Part shown: positions 34,316 through 38,410 of the stretch, piece by piece
How positions within the stretch are numbered: the stretch's first letter is position 1
Layout of the letters: each line of letters opens with the position of its first letter
Translations under genes and position numbers: made by a program
Notes under the pieces: model-generated
Seen by the model: only the letters and a program-made list of their open reading frames with translations
Told to the model about the DNA's origin: nothing
The model's database searches: none
Origin: a virus
Lineage: Duplodnaviria > Heunggongvirae > Uroviricota > Caudoviricetes
DNA length: 38,410 bases
IMG/VR virus record: IMGVR_UViG_3300017691_000005
Coordinates: 94,052-132,461 of that record
Reading direction: 5' to 3' (one strand)

Positions 34316-34548
34316 TTAATATAGCCTTTTCGTATGGCAGCAGTAACTTGTCCTGGTGTCATCTTAGTAAAGATGGGATTACTCTGTCCACCAGCGTCAT
34401 AGTTATTTCGTACTGAATAATAAGTCCCATTATATAGAACGATCGAACCGTGATGCAGGTCGCCAAATTCTTGTTTCATCTGCATGTTAAATTGTTGTTG
34501 CGCTTGAACTTCTGCGATTCCACCGTCATAAACCACTCGGTTAGTCAA
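34312..34548 (-). CDS. paralogue 1 of a 4-gene array
   Basis: TTG start after GAGG; GSIVLYNGTYY..AAIRKGYIK. Confidence 0.65.
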   Translation of the reverse strand: MTNRVVYDGGIAEVQAQQQFNMQMKQEFGDLHHGSIVLYNGTYYSVRNNYDAGGQSNPIFTKMTPGQVTAAIRKGYIK

Positions 34549-34765
34549 TTTTTCCTCGCTTTCGAGCCCACCAAACACTCACACTATTCATCTCAATGAA
34601 TGTTGGTTCAGCCCAATAGGTGTAGTCAATGATGAACTTATAGTAGACACCTTTGTGATGAATGATCGTACCTTCAATAAGGTTTTCACCGTAGTACTCT
34701 TTAAGTTCTTTTTGAATCTTAATATAGCGAAGGTTATCTTCTGGTTCATAAATGATGGGACTCAT
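34541..34765 (-). CDS. paralogue 2 of a 4-gene array
   Basis: GTIIHHKGVYY..VWWARKRGKID. Confidence 0.65.
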   Translation of the reverse strand: MSPIIYEPEDNLRYIKIQKELKEYYGENLIEGTIIHHKGVYYKFIIDYTYWAEPTFIEMNSVSVWWARKRGKID

Positions 34766-35016
34766 TTGATTCTGCCTACCAGTTTGAGGAACCATACATG
34801 AAATTGTCCAAGACGTTGCCAATACCCATTGCCAAATTCAGAGGGTCCAAAAAATCCGTGATAAGCCCAATAGTTGCCCTCATCTGAAAGAACTATCGCT
34901 CCATCAAAAGCATTGTCTTTGAACTGCTGAGTAACCTTGCGGCGTTCGTCATTATATTCATCATGGTAGCGCTTGCCACCATCGTCAATCAGTTCAGCCA
35001 ATTTTGATCTTTCCAA
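34762..35016 (-). CDS. paralogue 3 of a 4-gene array
   Basis: GAIVLSDEGNYW..VWFLKLVGRIK. Confidence 0.65.
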   Translation of the reverse strand: MERSKLAELIDDGGKRYHDEYNDERRKVTQQFKDNAFDGAIVLSDEGNYWAYHGFFGPSEFGNGYWQRLGQFHVWFLKLVGRIK

Positions 35017-35257
35017 TCAGTGTGTACCAGAATACTTTCCAATAATTAAGCGGAGCCCATCGGTTACCCCAATAATTATTGGTATAGCGCCAATATCGTC
35101 CCCCCTCTGTCTTGGCGATCATTCCAACCTTAGGAGGAATACCAGACTTACGAATCATCGACTCAATTTCTTTATACTCTTTGTCAATAAGTAAATACTT
35201 ATTGTTTTTTCGATCTAAATCGGAAATCCATTTATCTTCATTAATCAACTTTGCCAT
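34994..35257 (-). CDS. paralogue 4 of a 4-gene array
   Basis: GGAG RBS; GMIAKTEGGRYW..VFWYTLIGKIK. Confidence 0.65.
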   Translation of the reverse strand: MAKLINEDKWISDLDRKNNKYLLIDKEYKEIESMIRKSGIPPKVGMIAKTEGGRYWRYTNNYWGNRWAPLNYWKVFWYTLIGKIKIG

Positions 35258-35489
35258 AGTCAATCTCCATTCCCGGACAATCCCGAGCATAGTGCCAATA
35301 AGGCATCGGATTATTGTTTCTAGAGCCATGAATATTACAGGTGGTATGGATAGCCTCGTAAAATACGAGGCCACACAGAGCCAACTCACAGCCGCAATCG
35401 TACTCCAACTCAAGGCCGGTGCCTAGATGGATGTCATTCTTTTTTTGAACAACTAACGGCTGTTTAAACTGTTCGCTTCTTACAACCAT
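35241..35489 (-). CDS. Cys/His-rich hypothetical protein
   Basis: CGC..C..H..C..H..H..C. Confidence 0.55.
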   Translation of the reverse strand: MVVRSEQFKQPLVVQKKNDIHLGTGLELEYDCGCELALCGLVFYEAIHTTCNIHGSRNNNPMPYWHYARDCPGMEIDYGKVD

Positions 35490-35803
35490 TAAATCGCCGT
35501 CTGCTGTCTTTCAAAGATTACTTCAGCAGCCAACCAATCATCGAAATTATATTGGTCTCTACCGTCTAATTTAGCAATGTAAAGAGCAATAACTTCAATA
35601 CGATCAGATTCTTCAATCATGTTCATTAATTGTTACTCGATTCTTCCAATACCACTTATGAACTATATAAGCCTCGGTTACACGTTGGTTGTTAACTATG
35701 TCGTATTGATAATGTTCTATCAAATATCTGAACCTAGATTCTTTGATGACGGGACAGCCAGACATGATTTTTCCACCAAAAAGTCTTACAGTAGCCGTTC
35801 TTA

Positions 35804-36520
35804 TCATGGCGCGACCCTACCATTATCATTCCATGTCTGCCAGGTTATAGGCATAACCTCTTTGAAAATTGATTCCATCTTGTCTGCAACCATCTGGATT
35901 TCTTTTTGAGGTCGTGATACATAAGTTGACTCTTCATTCTCAGTCCTTAAAGAAAGAAAACTCATAAGCGACCTAGCATTACAAGTAGCCCAAAAATTGG
36001 TAAATATGTTAAGGGGCAATACCATGCGAGCAACTTCTTTTGCTACTCCAAGATTAAGTAGAGTTTGGTACTCGTTCCAGCATTCTTGAGACGACCTACG
36101 CAAAGTTCCTTGAGTATGATAAATCATTTCATAAGTGCCTGGCTCAAATGTGTAATGCCCAGGTTTACCTTTTTGTTGAAGATTTCTATCTTCATTAGTT
36201 ACATAGAAAACCGGCTTGAGTTGAGTGTATCGTCCACTTTCCTCATTATATGACCATCCCGCTCGATGGCGGTGGAACTCTCTAACAACAAAAATCGGAC
36301 AACTGATAACGAAAGTGAATGAATTATGTTCAAATGGACTCCCGTGACGATCTTTCATTAAATAGTTAATGAGGCCGGGGACTCGATTACTGTCCATATC
36401 CACTGCCTCTTCGCCTTTAGTGCTCACCCATGCAGCACGAGCAACATCTAGATCTGAGGCATTAGTTTTGTAAAGACTAACATCTACATCGTTTTTAAAT
36501 TCAATATCTTGGAACGTCAT
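35804..36520 (-). CDS. thyX: FAD-dependent thymidylate synthase
   Basis: HGSPFEH, REFHRHR..SYNEESGRY, EVARMVLP and LMSFLSLR motifs. Confidence 0.95.
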   Translation of the reverse strand: MTFQDIEFKNDVDVSLYKTNASDLDVARAAWVSTKGEEAVDMDSNRVPGLINYLMKDRHGSPFEHNSFTFVISCPIFVVREFHRHRAGWSYNEESGRYTQLKPVFYVTNEDRNLQQKGKPGHYTFEPGTYEMIYHTQGTLRRSSQECWNEYQTLLNLGVAKEVARMVLPLNIFTNFWATCNARSLMSFLSLRTENEESTYVSRPQKEIQMVADKMESIFKEVMPITWQTWNDNGRVAP

Positions 36521-36624
36521 CTAAATTTTCCTCTTCTTCTTTGGCAATAGGGCAATATATCTGATAGTTAACTAATTGAGGGCATTGCGACCAGTAGCAC
36601 TCTCCGTCACGGTCGGCATGACAC

Positions 36625-36870
36625 CTATTCTTTTCCAAGGAGAACCTTGTCCACATACTCAGCCATGCTTGAGACTCCTGCGTCTTCTAAGATGTGTTTA
36701 GTTGCTTCGTGATTTATCCCGGACTGGATAGCATTAGCGAACCATCCGATCATAGTTTCTTCATCATAAGGTATGTTGTGGTTGTCGTTGATAGTTTGAA
36801 GCCAGAACTTAGTCCAAAGTTCCGCGTCGACACTACCGACCACTTCTATCATACTTATTCTTTTGTCAGT
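36625..36870 (-). CDS. hypothetical protein
   Basis: AAAGGA RBS before MTDKR..; DEETMIGWFANAIQSG. Confidence 0.65.
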   Translation of the reverse strand, partial: TDKRISMIEVVGSVDAELWTKFWLQTINDNHNIPYDEETMIGWFANAIQSGINHEATKHILEDAGVSSMAEYVDKVLLGKE

Positions 36871-37111
36871 CATCTTCGTACATCCTTTCATATTCTTCAA
36901 ACGAGGTGTATTCGACTTTGATGTGCTCGCAATTTCTAGCATATTTAGCAATCGTATTAATTTTGTCTACCAAATCTTCATGCACTTCAGGATTTGAATA
37001 TGATTGAAAAATTGAAGTAATCACTTCTCCCTCGAACTCAACAATAACATTTTCGCAAGTTTGTTTTTCATCAGTTAGATGGTAGATATTCATATAATTA
37101 CTCATCTTCAT
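36866..37111 (-). CDS. acidic protein, paralogue of 37098..37343
   Basis: NIYHLTD..VIVEFE..SFEEYERMYEDD. Confidence 0.65.
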   Translation of the reverse strand: MKMSNYMNIYHLTDEKQTCENVIVEFEGEVITSIFQSYSNPEVHEDLVDKINTIAKYARNCEHIKVEYTSFEEYERMYEDD

Positions 37112-37343
37112 ATCTCTTTTCGTATTGTTCGTATGTCATATGATGAAGTCTAACAAAATCGGCCCCGCCGAGTTCTGCAACTTCTTTAAACGCTTCAGCC
37201 AATTTAAGGCGGGAGGCCGTGTTATCTTCTGGAATCCCGTAATCGGTATAGATTTCAGCGACTTTGAAGTCTTCATATTCAACAATAACTCCTTCTCCAT
37301 CAGCACCATCTGTAAGAGAATAGATATTAATTGTCTTACTCAT
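37098..37343 (-). CDS. acidic protein, paralogue of 36866..37111
   Basis: NIYSLTD..VIVEYE..TYEQYEKRYEDE. Confidence 0.65.
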   Translation of the reverse strand: MSKTINIYSLTDGADGEGVIVEYEDFKVAEIYTDYGIPEDNTASRLKLAEAFKEVAELGGADFVRLHHMTYEQYEKRYEDE

Positions 37344-37413
37344 CGTGGTCCTAACTTGTTAAGAAACAGGAACCATCGGTACACAAGATACCAGTATGCG
37401 TCTTTGATTTTTT

Positions 37414-37809
37414 TCATACTCTTTGTACGTCCTTAAAGTTGCCATCGGGTCTAACAATTCGCACCGGCAATCTTGCGTCTAATGCTAGATTAATGCAGCC
37501 GGTGGTACCTCTAGAATTGTCTTTGAGGAATGCTATAACTCTGTCTGTTTTAGGGTTAAGGAGACTGACCATGTACTTGTTTCTCAAAGGTCCGGCAGCC
37601 TTCCCTTTTGACCAATCAGCCGGATAGGACTCAATGCTAGTTTCATAACATGTATTAATGTAATCGTCAGCCATAGCATCGGCGCCAGTAGGACATTGAC
37701 CATGAACAAGAATGAACGGTCCTCTTTCATCCCATTCGTCATCTAGTTGGTCTTCAAGAAGTTCTTTTTCTTCCCAATTTCTTGAGCCCGTAACAAGAAT
37801 GCGTCTCAT
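37414..37809 (-). CDS. SLOG superfamily protein (DUF2493/YspA-like)
   Basis: ILVTGSRNW, LVHG.CPTGAD, YPADW..GKAAGPLRN.YMV and SRGT motifs. Confidence 0.88.
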   Translation of the reverse strand: MRRILVTGSRNWEEKELLEDQLDDEWDERGPFILVHGQCPTGADAMADDYINTCYETSIESYPADWSKGKAAGPLRNKYMVSLLNPKTDRVIAFLKDNSRGTTGCINLALDARLPVRIVRPDGNFKDVQRV

Positions 37810-38027
37810 TTAACTAGATCGTCTTTGGTGATCGGAGGCAGTTCAACATCATCGTCTGTTGTGAGGTCTTTACCATTAATATTAGCAATTAGAGAACGCT
37901 TGAAGTTATCACGTAGAAAAGCAACATCACTGTCAGCGCTTTTGTCAGCAAATATCTCATCAACTATTCTTTCGATAGTTTCAATGAGCATCTTTTTTAC
38001 CGGGTCTTGTTTAACTGTTCTTGCCAT
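37806..38027 (-). CDS. hypothetical protein
   Basis: AAGGAG RBS. Confidence 0.6.
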   Translation of the reverse strand: MARTVKQDPVKKMLIETIERIVDEIFADKSADSDVAFLRDNFKRSLIANINGKDLTTDDDVELPPITKDDLVK

Positions 38028-38236
38028 CAGTTATCTCCTTCGTAGAAATTAGAACCAAGTTGAACCTTAGTGTTACAACTTAAACATCTTAACATTGGGT
38101 CATCGTCCTTGTTGATGCCGGGATATAAAGGAAGTTCATCATTAGGACAAAGAGGAATCTCAACTTCTTCATTCTTAACTTTATCCCAATATCTATGAAA
38201 GTAACTCCATTTTTTTACATCTATATTTTCATTCAT
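38027..38236 (-). CDS. hypothetical Zn-ribbon protein
   Basis: AAGGAG RBS; CPND..RCLSC. Confidence 0.65.
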   Translation of the reverse strand: MNENIDVKKWSYFHRYWDKVKNEEVEIPLCPNDELPLYPGINKDDDPMLRCLSCNTKVQLGSNFYEGDN

Positions 38237-38410
38237 ACAATTATCTTACTCCTTAATCTTAAATATTAAGATATTAAGTAATAGTAGATACTTTATAAGT
38301 AAGTATTCTTATCTTAACTCTTAATTTTAGACATAGACGTACCCTAAGGGTATAAGCCCTAGAGGTCGCTCACAACAATGTTGCTTAGGGGCTGGATTAG
38401 TCATTATGAA

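Noticed and set aside
1-38410. tRNA or rRNA genes
   Set aside because: No cloverleaf or T-loop (GTTCRA) context was found by eye; tRNAscan-SE or ARAGORN would confirm.
1-38410. Prophage, integrase or mobile element
   Set aside because: No integrase, transposase, homing endonuclease or host genes were recognised.

Overview
This is a 38.4-kb segment of a large lytic phage of Actinomycetota. The evidence is Lsr2-type DNA-binding domains, ThyX, an Rv2179c-like 3'-5' exoribonuclease, DUF932 and dense small ORFs, with no structural, integrase, tRNA or CRISPR features. The layout resembles large Streptomyces BE/BK-type or Rhodococcus CB-type siphoviruses (inference; no database search was run). Bases 1-24,956 are transcribed rightwards and 25,490-38,236 leftwards. 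The two directions meet at an AT-rich non-coding gap. Between two repeat-rich non-coding blocks (about 14.5-15.4 kb and 25.0-25.5 kb) lies a roughly 10-kb early-type cassette region that looks more GC-rich by eye and may be a long terminal repeat. Main signals read directly from the sequence: (1) a four-box, fixed-spacing non-canonical promoter module in about 10 copies, which also precedes a double-Lsr2-domain gene; (2) five related intergenic long hairpins resembling RNase III processing sites; (3) a candidate -1 programmed frameshift with an internal SD, G_GGU_UUU and a 3' hairpin, in a gene that is not a tail chaperone; (4) nine consecutive divergent ~50-85-aa paralogues, five of them below the 60-aa cut-off of the ORF track; (5) a ~100-nt candidate sRNA with its own promoter, terminator and possible pseudoknot; (6) three Lsr2-like proteins lacking the dimerisation domain. 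All family calls come from motif recognition by eye, not from HMM searches.
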